Positions 51,726 through 61,906 of a DNA stretch of 64,000 bases are shown here, piece by piece. Numbering within the stretch: position 1 is the stretch's first letter; the number at the start of each line of letters is the position of its first letter. The DNA is from an uncultured Verrucomicrobiae bacterium (GTDB lineage: Bacteria; Verrucomicrobiota; Verrucomicrobiia; Chthoniobacterales; JAATET01): positions 6,546 through 70,545 of the forward strand of contig CAWHTR010000003.1 of NCBI GenBank assembly GCA_963832325.1, read 5' to 3'. A model generated the notes under the pieces. That model was not told the DNA's origin, made no database searches, and saw nothing but the letters and a program-made list of their open reading frames with translations. Position numbers and translations under genes: made by a program.

Positions 51726-53278
51726 ATGGCGGTGAAGTTGGAGCGGCGTTTGGGGTTGATGCCGTTGCTGGCGGTGTCGGTGGGGGGAATCATTGGGTCG
51801 GCGTGGTTGTTTGCGCCGTTGTATGCGGCGCAGATGGCGGGGCCGGCGGCCATTTTTGCCTGGGTGATTGCGGCGGGGGTGGCGTTGTTGCTGGCGCTGG
51901 TTTACGCGGAGCTCGGGGCGGCGTTTCCGGTAGCTGGGGGCTCGCGAGGTTTTCGTATTTTTCGCACGGGAACATCACAGGATTCGTGGCGGGGATTTCG
52001 TGCTGGCTCGGGTATGTGGCGATTGCGCCGATCGAGGTGCAGGCGATGGTGCGGTATCTGGCGGATGGGCTGCCGTGGCTGTTGGCGGCGGATGGTTCGA
52101 AGACATTTTCGACCGCGGGGATGGTGGTGGCGGCGTTGTTGCTGTTGCTCATGTCGGTGGTGAACCTGATGGGGGTGCGGTGGTTTGGGGAGTCGAACAA
52201 ATACATCACGCTGTGGAAGGTGATCGTGCCAGTGGGCATCCCGATTGCATTGATGAGCGTGTCGTTCGACGGGGGGAATTTTTTCGATCATGGCGGATTT
52301 TTGCCGTTCGGCTGGAACGGGGTGTTCGCGGCGGTGGCGACGGGCGGGGTGATGTTTGCGATGCTGGGATTTCGGGCCGCGATCGAGCTGGCGGGGGAGG
52401 CGAAGAATCCTGGCCGGGACGTGCCGCTGGCGATCATTGGGTCGGTCCTGATCACGGGGGCGATTTACACATTGATCCAGGTGGGTTTTCTCGGAGCGTT
52501 GCCGACGGAGAGCTTGTCGCTGGGGTGGTCGAAACTTGCGAGCCACGTGGCGGCGGGGCCGTTTGTCGAGCTGGCGGCGGCGGGTGGGCTGGTGTGGCTG
52601 GTGCGGTTGATTTACGTCGATTCGGTGGTATCGCCGGGTGGGAGCGGGCTGGTTTTTTGCGCGGCGTCGGCGCGGCTGCCGTACGCGATGGCGCAGAACG
52701 GTCAGTTGCCGGGGGTGTTCGAGCTGCTGAACCGGCGGGGGGTGCCCTGGGTGGCGGTGGCGGTGAATTTTGCGGTGGGGCTGGTGTTTTTTGCGCCTTC
52801 GCAGACGTGGCAGACCGTCGTGAGTTTCATTTCGTCGATTCAGATTTTGTCGCTGGCTTTTGGGCCGCCAGCGCTGCTGGCGTTGCGACGGAGTGCGCCG
52901 GGGGTGGATCGTCCGTTCCGGCTGCCGGCGGCGGATGCCGTGTGCGGGTTGGCTTTCATTACGGCGAACGTGATCGTGTATTGGTGCGGCTGGGAGACGA
53001 ACCGGGTGAGCCTGGGCATGGTGGCTGGGGCGGGGGTGATGTTTGTCGTGGCGAAGAAGGTGACGGCTCCGCGGGAGCCGCTGGATTTGGCGGGCCTGGC
53101 GTGGCTGTTGCCGTATGGGGTTGGGTTGGCGGTGGTATCGGCCCTGGGGAACTTCGGCGGCGGATCGGGCTGGATTCCGCCGCTGTGGGATCTGGCGGTG
53201 GTGGGAGTTTTCAGTGTGGGGATCTTGGTGCTGTCGCTGCGGTCGCCGGATGCGCGCTTACCGGAGCCGGAGACCTGA
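51726..53278 (+). CDS. APC-family amino acid permease (apparent frameshift near 51941)
   Basis: GGIIGSAWLF, YAELGAAFPVAGG, GFRAAIELAGEAKNP.RDVP and many TM helices. Confidence 0.9.
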
Positions 53279-53399
53279 GGAGATTTTGAATCTGGAGCCG
53301 GAGCAAAAATGGGCGGGGTCTCTGCGGAACCCGCCCTGATCGGTGGTGCCGGGCAGAAGCCCCGGATTTGATCGTCCGGCCGGGATGACGGACCGGCGC

Positions 53400-53560
53400 G
53401 CCGGGTGGGGCGATGCCGGATCCTCGCCGACCGGCGAGCCGTCGCGCTCCAGGTGGCTGGCCGACTTCCATGCCGCGAGCTTCTCGACGTTGGAGCGGAA
53501 GACATTGCTGAAGATCGCTTTCAGCGTCTTCACCGCCGAGCGCCCGTCGCGCAGGGTCAG
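53400..53560 (-). pseudogene. Orphan C-terminal fragment of a helical hypothetical protein
   Basis: LRDGRSAVKTLKAIFSNVFRSNVEKLAAWKSASHLER with no credible 5' part. Confidence 0.4.
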
Positions 53561-53664
53561 GCGACAAATTGTGGCTGCATTCTGTCGATCACATCCGTGT
53601 AGGCTGGAAATCGATGGTCGGAGCCAATGTGTCGTTATGAAGGATCGACCGCTTCGCCGACCAA

Positions 53665-56232
53665 TCAGGGTTGCGAAACGATCGGCACCGCCAGGCGCGT
53701 CCGCACCTCTTCGTAGATTGGCAGGCCCAGCTCCGGCGCCACCTCTAGAGTGACTGCCAACGCGTACCGGATTGGCTCGATAAAATGACCAGCGTCTTCG
53801 CGACAGTTCACTTTGATGGCCACCGACCCGCCTTCTTGAAAATCCAGCGCCTTCTCCCCTTCCACGATCTCGTGTTGCACCGTCCCCCGCTGAACCATGC
53901 GGTGCTCCGCCTCCTGTCTAGTTGGCGTGAGGTCATTTCGCGGATCGAACCACAAGTGTGCCCGGCGATACGGCTGCCGATTGGGGCTGACCGGCGTCAG
54001 GTACGCCATCGTGATCGTAATCCGTCGTTTGTCCGTTGAAGCCGACAAACAAGCGGGCAACGGAAAGGAGAACTCGTCCGCCCGCTCGGCTTCCAGCGTC
54101 CCCACGCCGAGGACTGTAACCCGCTGCGCTGCGCAGGCTAGTACCCGCGACACGTCCGTCGCTCCGTAGCCGAGGAAACGACTTACGTAGGATTTAAAGG
54201 TCTTCGAATTTGTCCCGTCGCGGAGTAACTCGCGGAGCCGCCGGAACGACGACCCCCACGCAGCGCCGTGGACCAGCAGCGCCTTGATCAGAACGGCATC
54301 GTGGTCCGGCGGAAGCTCGGCCCCCTCCGACCGCATGGCTTCGATCATCTCGAAAAGCCGCGCCCCGGCCCGTGTCGCCAAGGCGGCAGCGTTGCTCGTG
54401 CCGCAGCAAAACCGCGTCGCGCCCAATTCTCCAGCGCCACCCGGCGAAGCCACCCGCTGGCCCGGCTCGCCGCGGAAATCATGACCGTCCAGCAGCACCT
54501 TCGGGTGGCCCATGATACGTGATTCCTGAAAAATCATTCTCCCGCCGGGCAGGAAGATGTCCGGCTTGACCGTTCGTCTATAGCCGAGACCGTGCGCCGT
54601 GTAGGTCGCGGGCAGTTCCCGGGAAATATACGGATCGAGCTGCGCGGGCGGCGGATCGCCCGCCAAATCGTCGTGCGAGGCGCCCACCGTGAGCGCGTTC
54701 ACCGATTCCGCCGGTGACAGAATTCGGCGATGGCGGCTGTCCACTGCGAGCGCCCGAATGACGGCAGCTTCCAAATCCTCCTGTGACAATCCGCCGAGTT
54801 CGCCTCGCGGTACGTCCAATTCGAGTGGCGCGACGTGGTTTCCCGCGCTCACGATGAAGAGCACTCCGTATCGGTCGGAGAGCCAGTCGAGCAGCCGCGC
54901 CCAAGCGCTCATTGCCCGGTCGAACGGTCGGCACCGATCTCCGATCGAGAGATTGATGATGCGCACTTCGGGAGCCACAGGTAGCTCGTCCCCGTCCTGC
55001 TCGAACAGCCTCCGGACGGCCCGGTGAATCAGATCGATCGTGAGCACTTCTTCCGGGATGCTCTCTTCCCACCGACCGTCGAACAACTGCCGCGCTTTCA
55101 TGATCGGTCGAACGTAGAGGGGAAACGCCATTGGCACCTCCGCTCCGGTCAGATCGCCGTGGCAGATCAATGACGCCATCGCCGTGCCGTGGCTGCGACT
55201 CGCCGCCATGTAGCCCTCCTCGAACCCATCAGGATCGTCGATCAGCAACCGTCCATCCAGCGATTCGTGACGGCCTAGTGGCAACCCGTCCAACAAAGCG
55301 ACTACCGGAGAGCCACCCGGCTGACCGGCCCCGATTTCAGGCACGACAGCCCCGTTCTCTCCGGTGGGCTCGGGCGTTGGTCCCGGCACGGCGCATTGAC
55401 CAACGGGGCGGAAACACATCACCTGATCGCACTGCAACAGAGCAATCTCCTCGTGCTCCGCAAATCTCATGGCATGCTCCACCGGGATACGGCCCAAAAT
55501 CGCATGGTAGCCGATCTCCGGGATCGTGCAATGCTCGACGATCTCGCCGTCAAGTTCTGCCACCAATTCGCGGAGCGATTCCAGCGTCCTCGCCCGCGTC
55601 GCGGCACTCTCGCGGAACCACAGCTCCGCCTCGAACGGGACAACATCCTGCCCGGCGGACGCTCGTGCGGCCCAATCCTCCGTCACGCCTGTCTCCCTCA
55701 GCCGATCACTCGCGGCCCACGGACGGATCGCTCGCAGGAATTGAAACGCCTTTTTCAACGGAGCCAACCGGAGCGGGAATTTGATCGTGGCGTCGGCCTG
55801 CCATCGCGAGTGAAGGTTCACGATCTCGCGCAGCGCCCGATCGTCCGACATCACGAGAAAGAGCCGCCCCGTCAGAGTCTTCTCCGCGTTCTTGTCGTTC
55901 TCGAATCCGAACTCGGGTTCGATCTCGTCGATCTCCGTTTCGCCCAACCACTCCAAGCCATCAATGTTGCGGGTGACGTTCAGAAAATTTTCGACCGAAC
56001 CGATGGTCTCCAGCACGAGCACCATCTCTGGCGCGGCCCCTTGCGGATGATCCCGAAGCTGGACTGATTTTCGCTCGAGGACGTCGTTCAATCGATCCAG
56101 CTGCAGGCCGATCCTCGCGGCCTGGGCTGCGGCGTCAGGCGGTTTGACCCCGCCACCTCTGCTCGTCAACTTCTCCTTCCGCGCGCTCACGGAACGCGGA
56201 AAAATGAGCAGAGGTCGATCCGGGAGGTCCAT
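53665..56232 (-). CDS. S8 (subtilisin-like) peptidase, IetS-like
   Basis: LLDG, HGTAMASLI, INLSIG, SAGN, KPD and GTSNAA catalytic motifs; RGTVQH and YALAVTLE C-terminus. Confidence 0.9.
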   Translation of the reverse strand: MDLPDRPLLIFPRSVSARKEKLTSRGGGVKPPDAAAQAARIGLQLDRLNDVLERKSVQLRDHPQGAAPEMVLVLETIGSVENFLNVTRNIDGLEWLGETEIDEIEPEFGFENDKNAEKTLTGRLFLVMSDDRALREIVNLHSRWQADATIKFPLRLAPLKKAFQFLRAIRPWAASDRLRETGVTEDWAARASAGQDVVPFEAELWFRESAATRARTLESLRELVAELDGEIVEHCTIPEIGYHAILGRIPVEHAMRFAEHEEIALLQCDQVMCFRPVGQCAVPGPTPEPTGENGAVVPEIGAGQPGGSPVVALLDGLPLGRHESLDGRLLIDDPDGFEEGYMAASRSHGTAMASLICHGDLTGAEVPMAFPLYVRPIMKARQLFDGRWEESIPEEVLTIDLIHRAVRRLFEQDGDELPVAPEVRIINLSIGDRCRPFDRAMSAWARLLDWLSDRYGVLFIVSAGNHVAPLELDVPRGELGGLSQEDLEAAVIRALAVDSRHRRILSPAESVNALTVGASHDDLAGDPPPAQLDPYISRELPATYTAHGLGYRRTVKPDIFLPGGRMIFQESRIMGHPKVLLDGHDFRGEPGQRVASPGGAGELGATRFCCGTSNAAALATRAGARLFEMIEAMRSEGAELPPDHDAVLIKALLVHGAAWGSSFRRLRELLRDGTNSKTFKSYVSRFLGYGATDVSRVLACAAQRVTVLGVGTLEAERADEFSFPLPACLSASTDKRRITITMAYLTPVSPNRQPYRRAHLWFDPRNDLTPTRQEAEHRMVQRGTVQHEIVEGEKALDFQEGGSVAIKVNCREDAGHFIEPIRYALAVTLEVAPELGLPIYEEVRTRLAVPIVSQP

Positions 56233-56235
56233 GTG

Positions 56236-57234
56236 TTACGCCGTCGCGGCCTGTTGGCGCTTGGGCGCCACTCGCGCCTTCCACTCCGCCAGACACTCGT
56301 GCGTAATGCGCTCGATGTCGCCGCCCTCCGGTTGGCTCAATACCGCCCGTCGCAGCACGGCCAGCCCAAACTCCTCGATCTCCCCGAAGCACGCTCCCCG
56401 CAGACTCTGCGCCAGCGTTCGGTTAGGCATGCCGAAAGCCCACTTCATTCGCGTTTCAAACTGCTCGAGCCACTCCTGAATCTGGGCCTGCTTGGGCATC
56501 GGCAGCTCGATCCGGAGTTGAAATCGCCGCCACACAGCGCGGTCGAGCAACTCGGGATGGTTTGTCGCCGTCACCACGAGCACATGACTTGGCAGAGCGT
56601 CGATTTGCATGAGCAGCGAACTCACGACCCGCTTGATCTCACCTGTCTCGTGTCGGTCACCCCGTTCCTTCCCGAGCGCGTCGAACTCGTCGAAGAACAA
56701 CACGCAATGCCGCGTCCGCGCGTAATCGAAAACCTTGCCGATGCGCAACGCCGTCTCACCCAAATAACTCCCGATCACCGCGTCGTAGCGCACCACCAGC
56801 AGCGAGACGCCCAATCGGTCCGCGATCGCCTCCGCGAGCGACGTCTTTCCATTCCCTGGCGGCCCGACCAGTAGCACGCGGTGCCGCGGCTCAAGGTTGT
56901 AGCTCCTCAATAGGTCGGCGCGATGCTGCTCCTCAACCAATCGCTCCACCATGGCGTGCACGCCCGGCGGCAGGATCAACTCGCCGATTGTCCGCTTTGG
57001 GATCGATTCCGCCACGAAAGACGACTGGTGCGAATGACCGTTCAAGGCGACGGGGCGGCCGCCGCCCTCGCCCCCGCCAACGGCGTTCAGCTGAGCCATC
57101 AGGCGCTCGGCGAGCACGGTATGATTTTTCGAGCGCTCCTCCGCCGCGAGCGACTCGACCGTCTTTTGAAACTGGGCACGGTCCCCCCGCGCCCCCGCCC
57201 TGACGAGGTTGAGAAGAAGATCGGCGCGTGCCAT
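56236..57234 (-). CDS. AAA+ ATPase, IetA-like
   Basis: GPPGNGKT, SYLGETA, FFDEFD, ETGEIKRVV and ATNHPELLDRAVWRRF; lies 3 bp upstream of the peptidase. Confidence 0.92.
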   Translation of the reverse strand: MARADLLLNLVRAGARGDRAQFQKTVESLAAEERSKNHTVLAERLMAQLNAVGGGEGGGRPVALNGHSHQSSFVAESIPKRTIGELILPPGVHAMVERLVEEQHRADLLRSYNLEPRHRVLLVGPPGNGKTSLAEAIADRLGVSLLVVRYDAVIGSYLGETALRIGKVFDYARTRHCVLFFDEFDALGKERGDRHETGEIKRVVSSLLMQIDALPSHVLVVTATNHPELLDRAVWRRFQLRIELPMPKQAQIQEWLEQFETRMKWAFGMPNRTLAQSLRGACFGEIEEFGLAVLRRAVLSQPEGGDIERITHECLAEWKARVAPKRQQAATA

Positions 57235-57395
57235 GTCCACCTGTGTATGGCTTTTCCGCGACAGTTCCAAGCCGGGACGATGCGCCGTTTCGCTCAGTGC
57301 CGGAAAGAGGTCGGACCTTGATATTGAAACACGGATTTCGTCCGGCGATCGCGTTCGGTTGGTCGCTGACCGGTGGATCGGGCGCGGATAGCTGA

Positions 57396-57650
57396 GGGAT
57401 TCGTGGGGATTCGGCTGGTCGTCACCCGGGTTCGCCCGGACGTCACGAAGAATTCGAAGGTCAGCGGACGGAATCGCTTGGGCACCACGCGGATTTGTCC
57501 GGTCAACCTCCGGATGTCACTGGTCAGCGTCTGGATTCGCGCGGTCATCGCTGGGAAGCGCAAGGTCATCACCGGGAAGTGCATGGTCACCGTCGAGAAG
57601 GACGTGGTCATCACTTGGATTCGGTCGGTCGTCGCATTGATCTGGGAGGG
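57396..57650. repeat. Degenerate 21-bp-period array (11 or more units)
   Basis: GGTC-like anchors every 21 bp from 57417 to 57627; consensus GGTCAnCnnnnGGAwnnnnnn. Confidence 0.85.
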
Positions 57651-57758
57651 CGGCGGGGTTGGGATCGCGGGTTTTATTCGCTGCCGGGCTATTGGTTGTT
57701 GAAATGGACGGATAACTGGTGATAGGAACCGAACAATTCAACCAAGAAACCACTGATT

Positions 57759-58442
57759 ATGAGCGAAATTCCCGAAGCGACGATGAAGGCCCGGCGGAAG
57801 CTGGCGGAGCAGGATCAACAAATTGCGAACGACATCAGCGCGGCGCTGACGCTGATGGAGACGACGCGGGACGATGAGGATCTTCAGACGGAGCTGGCTC
57901 CGATGGGCTACGACGCGGCGGCGCTGGACGAGGCGATCGAGAATCTGCACGGGCCGGCGCAAGCGGCTTACGAGGCGCGGGCGGCGGCGATGGGGAAGGC
58001 GGATTCGGCGCAGGACCTCCTGGATGCGACGGTCGCGACGGAGCGGCAGGATTTCACGGATTATCGGGAAATCGCGCGGGCCAGCTTCACGGATTCCGCG
58101 GACAAGGTGGCACTGGGGCTGAACGGAACGCTGGTGAAGGATTTGCAGAAGTTCCTGACGGCGGCGAAGGCGTCCTACTCGGCGGGGAAGAAGGCTCCTT
58201 ACACGGAGAAATTGACGAAGCGGGGCTACTCCCCGGCGCGGATCGACGCGGAGCTGGCCGGGATCAAGCTGGCGGGGGATTTGTCGGCCGGCGCGAAGCG
58301 GGCGGCGGGTGCGGCGGAGAAGGCGACGAAGGATCGGAACGAGGCCTACTCGGCGCTGAAGAGCTGGGTGAGCGAGTTCCGGCGGATTGCGAAGCGGGCG
58401 CTGCGGGGCCGCGACGATCTGCGGACGAAGCTGGGGTTGTAG
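57759..58442 (+). CDS. Alpha-helical hypothetical protein
   Basis: Host-like codon usage; Ala-rich, with two related halves (MGYDAAALD / RGYSPARID, REIARASF / RRIAKRAL). Confidence 0.8.
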   Translation: MSEIPEATMKARRKLAEQDQQIANDISAALTLMETTRDDEDLQTELAPMGYDAAALDEAIENLHGPAQAAYEARAAAMGKADSAQDLLDATVATERQDFTDYREIARASFTDSADKVALGLNGTLVKDLQKFLTAAKASYSAGKKAPYTEKLTKRGYSPARIDAELAGIKLAGDLSAGAKRAAGAAEKATKDRNEAYSALKSWVSEFRRIAKRALRGRDDLRTKLGL

Positions 58443-59155
58443 GTGGCGCGTGGCTGGCGGCGGCCTGAGCTTTGAACCAATCTACGCGTCGCGTCCCCTG
58501 GCTATTGCATTCACGAGGGAAAACGTGACGCGGATGCGCTGCTGCAACAGCTGATTGGTGCCTGCGACTCGGCCGCCGAGTCCTTCGCCGTCGATCTTGG
58601 CATCGCCCGGCAGTTGACCAAACCCCGAGCGGCAGTCGCGACCTCAGCGGGGGCGGAGCAGCGTCGAGCGGTCTTTTCTCCAAGCCACGCCGTTCACCGT
58701 CGCGGCCATTTGGTTTTCATATCGGCGCTCACCGTTCCCGACGTTTTCGTCGTCGCCCGGATGGATAGGCGGGCACTCCGCAATGCTCGAACGCAGCGAC
58801 CGGTCAACCGCCACCCGCTCGGATCGACTCACGTCGAGCTCCACCGGACCAGGATTCAGTCCCGGCACCGTCGTCATCGCTGCCGTCCCTCCCCGACCTT
58901 TTCTCCAGCCGACTCCGGAAATCCGTCCGTCACCACTTCCTCGGGTTCGTCCGCATCGAAAATCGACTGCGCCCCGGCTTCAAAATCCGAAAACTGCCCG
59001 TCCCGGGTCGTCCACCCGCCCAGTCGAATCAATCGGAGCACCCGCAGCACCTTCGGAACAAAAGCAGCACCAGCGTCAAAAGGGTCGAACGCCATGGAAG
59101 ACTGAGCGTTAGCCCAGCTACTTTTAAATCCCGCCACGCGGGGTGCAACGATCAC

Positions 59156-59764
59156 CTACTCCAGTCGGAGGAAATTCTGCACCGCGTAGATGGTATCCAA
59201 GCTGTTGGCGTGACGGGACAGTGCGCAGCCGATCCCGATCTCGGATGGCTCGGGCGAGAGAAGGTTCTTTCGATGTCCCGGAGAATTCATCCACTGCTCG
59301 ACGATCGCCTTCGCAAAACTCTCACGCGAATGGGGTTCGATCGGTTTGCCGCCCGGCTTGTAGGTGCGGACCGTCCGACCGCCTTCGCTCCGCGTGTAGA
59401 ACGGCTCATCGGATTCGTAACGCAGTAGAAAGTGGTAAGCGGCGTTCTCGGCGACGAATGTCGGATCGAGACCCTGCTCGGTGAGTCGAGAAAATGGGCT
59501 ACTGACCTCGTCAGGCTGAGCCGATCCGTGCGTGAGGACGTCGGCCGCGGCGAGCGCTTCGGCTTGCGCCTGGGCGGCTTTGCCGGCATCGGCGTTCCAG
59601 TCGAGTGGATCAAGATCGTGCTCCGCCCGGACGCGATTAGTCTCCTCGAATATCGCGCCAGCAAGCGGGCGAGGTTCGAAACCGTCACGCTGGAGCGGGG
59701 ACGCAATTGCGTTAATCGACGCAAGGAAAATGGAAAGCGAAACCGCAACGCGCACGCTTTTCAA
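59156..59764 (-). CDS. CAP (SCP) domain secreted protein
   Basis: TNRVRAEH.L.PL, AENA, WMNSPGHRKNLL and IGIG...QNF. Confidence 0.9.
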   Translation of the reverse strand: MKSVRVAVSLSIFLASINAIASPLQRDGFEPRPLAGAIFEETNRVRAEHDLDPLDWNADAGKAAQAQAEALAAADVLTHGSAQPDEVSSPFSRLTEQGLDPTFVAENAAYHFLLRYESDEPFYTRSEGGRTVRTYKPGGKPIEPHSRESFAKAIVEQWMNSPGHRKNLLSPEPSEIGIGCALSRHANSLDTIYAVQNFLRLE

Positions 59765-59841
59765 TCGGCGGCGCGGCCATGAGCGGATGGATTACGAATG
59801 GAAAAAGGAACCGCCCACCCGCTATCGCGCGAACCAAGTCG

Positions 59842-60207
59842 ATGCATCCCAAAATTCTGCTAATTCTCGCTACCGTCGCCCTTTCCGTTGTCCCCAGTTC
59901 GCTTCAGGCGCAAAATCCTCCCGCCGTTACGGAGAATCAGGCTTTTTTTGAAGGCGTGATCACCGCGGCCGATCCTAATAAAGATGGATACATCGTGACG
60001 AAAACCGAACCCGGAGCGGAGGGACGAAAATTTGAGATTCCGGATGATACCGCCGTAACAAAATTCGACGGCGAAGCGGTCACGATCTCGGATCTGAAAG
60101 TCGGCACTCCCGTGCGGCTCGTGATGTGGAGCGAGGACTCCGTCAAAGCCCAGCGCGTCGAGATCCTGCGTCCGCTTTCCGTCCAAAAAGACACCGAAGA
60201 AGATTAG
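59842..60207 (+). CDS. Small secreted OB-fold-like protein
   Basis: Signal peptide; EGVITA and T.V...DG....SDLKVG..V. Confidence 0.65.
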   Translation: MHPKILLILATVALSVVPSSLQAQNPPAVTENQAFFEGVITAADPNKDGYIVTKTEPGAEGRKFEIPDDTAVTKFDGEAVTISDLKVGTPVRLVMWSEDSVKAQRVEILRPLSVQKDTEED

Positions 60208-60262
60208 GGCCGCCCCGGGGTCCTCCGACCTCCTCCTTCGCGAACCCTTCAGCTCCGTCGAG

Positions 60263-60470
60263 ATGATCGAGGAGGTCGAAGACCTCCTCAAACTCGTCGC
60301 AAACTCGATCGAATACGGTCCTTCCGGCGGGAACATTACAATCTCTCTCCGCCGGAACGACGACCGGCTCGAGATTGCCGTCCGCGACAACGGAGAAGGG
60401 ATCTCCTCTGGGGATCAGGAGCGCATCTTCGGAAAATTCGAACGACGGGCCGGGTCCCACGGCCCAAAAT
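60263..60470 (+). pseudogene. Histidine kinase HATPase_c fragment
   Basis: LVANSIEYGP.GG.I and VRDNGEGI...QERIFGKFER; lacks the G2 box and upstream domains. Confidence 0.7.
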
Positions 60471-60530
60471 CCGTTGCCGTGAGACCCTGCAGGTGCCGAT
60501 GCGCCCCCCAGTTCCGCGTCATCCCGCCGT

Positions 60531-61703
60531 TCAAGGCGTCAGCACGACCTTGATGCAGTTGTCCTCCTTGTCGCGGAACGTTTTGTAGGCGTCCGGCGCT
60601 TCGACGAGGGGTAGGCGGTGGGTGATGATGAATGAGGGATCTATTTCGTTGGCTTCGATCTTCTCGAGCAGCGACTTGGTGTAGCGCTGGACGTGCGTCT
60701 GGCCGGATTTGAGGGTCAGGCCTTTATTCATAAGCGCGCCAAAGGGGAGCTTGTCGATCATCCCGACGTAAACCCCAGGCACGGAAACGGTCCCACCTTT
60801 TCGGCAATTCAGGATCGCCTCACGCAAAGCGTGGGCCCGATCCGTGGCCAACATCACAGCTGCCTTGGCCTTATCCATCACGGCATCCATCGCTCCCGCG
60901 CCGTGGGCTTCCGCTCCCACGGCGTCGATGCAACGGTCGGGACCGCGGTTGTCTGTCATTTGATTCAGACGGTCGGTCACGTCCTCGTCGTCGAAGTTAA
61001 TCACTTCGGCCCGACCATGCAGGCGGGCCATTTCGAGCCGCTCTGGAACGTGGTCGATGGCGACTACGCGCCCAGCTCCGAACATCCAGGCGCTTTGAAT
61101 GGCCATCTGGCCCACGGGTCCGCAGCCCCAGACAGCGACCGTATCGCCCGGCTCGATGCCGGCATTCTCAGCCGCCATGTAGCCAGTCGGGAGAATGTCG
61201 GAGAGGAAGAGGACCTTCTCGTCGGCGAGGTCGGATTCGATCTTCACCGGTCCAATATCGGCGTGAGGAACCCGCAGATATTCCGCCTGTCCGCCAGCAT
61301 AACCGCCCAGTAGATGAGAATATCCAAAAAGACCAGCCGGAGCGTGACCCATCAGCTCGGCGGCTTTGTCAGAATCCGGGTTGGTATTATCGCAGCAGGA
61401 ATAAAGCTGCTTCTCGCAGAAAAAGCAGTGCCCGCACGAGATGGTGAAAGGAACCACCACCCGGTCCCCCTTTTTCAGGTTCGTAACAGCCGCACCCGCT
61501 TCAACCACCACGCCCATCGGCTCATGGCCAATGATGTCGCCAGCCTCCATTCCCTGCATGTATCCGTCATAGAGGTGCAGGTCGGATCCGCAGATCGCAG
61601 TCGAGGTCACCTTGATAATGATGTCAGTTGGTTCCTGAATGGCGGGGTCGGCTACATTGTCGATCCGAACGTCGCTTTTGCCGTGCCAGCAGAGTGCTTT
61701 CAT
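60531..61703 (-). CDS. Zinc-dependent alcohol dehydrogenase (FDH-like/YbdR group)
   Basis: ICGSDLH, GHEPMG, C..C..C structural zinc site, [10 protein letters not shown] and GCGPVG. Confidence 0.93.
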   Translation of the reverse strand: MKALCWHGKSDVRIDNVADPAIQEPTDIIIKVTSTAICGSDLHLYDGYMQGMEAGDIIGHEPMGVVVEAGAAVTNLKKGDRVVVPFTISCGHCFFCEKQLYSCCDNTNPDSDKAAELMGHAPAGLFGYSHLLGGYAGGQAEYLRVPHADIGPVKIESDLADEKVLFLSDILPTGYMAAENAGIEPGDTVAVWGCGPVGQMAIQSAWMFGAGRVVAIDHVPERLEMARLHGRAEVINFDDEDVTDRLNQMTDNRGPDRCIDAVGAEAHGAGAMDAVMDKAKAAVMLATDRAHALREAILNCRKGGTVSVPGVYVGMIDKLPFGALMNKGLTLKSGQTHVQRYTKSLLEKIEANEIDPSFIITHRLPLVEAPDAYKTFRDKEDNCIKVVLTP

Positions 61704-61906
61704 AATGGTTGTTGGTTGGGTATTTGTGGTCTGAGGGTTTCCGCCGTTGCCCGCGGGAAATGCAAGCAGGCAAGCAGCCGCCAATTAATCGGCGCGACTC
61801 CTCGCATCGCGTGTCTCGAAGTCCGATAAGCCGCCACCTCAGCCCCAGGCGGCTGAGTCAAACCACTAGCTAGGCTGTGCGCCGACTAACGAACAGGTCT
61901 CGCGCC

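Noticed and set aside
57396-57650. Periodic arrays here and at 45.1 kb considered as CRISPR
   Set aside because: The 21-bp period has only short anchors, no identical repeat with unique spacers, and no cas genes.
58600-59100. Two short minus-strand ORFs that may be one broken gene
   Set aside because: No recognisable family and unclear ends; not supportable as a feature.
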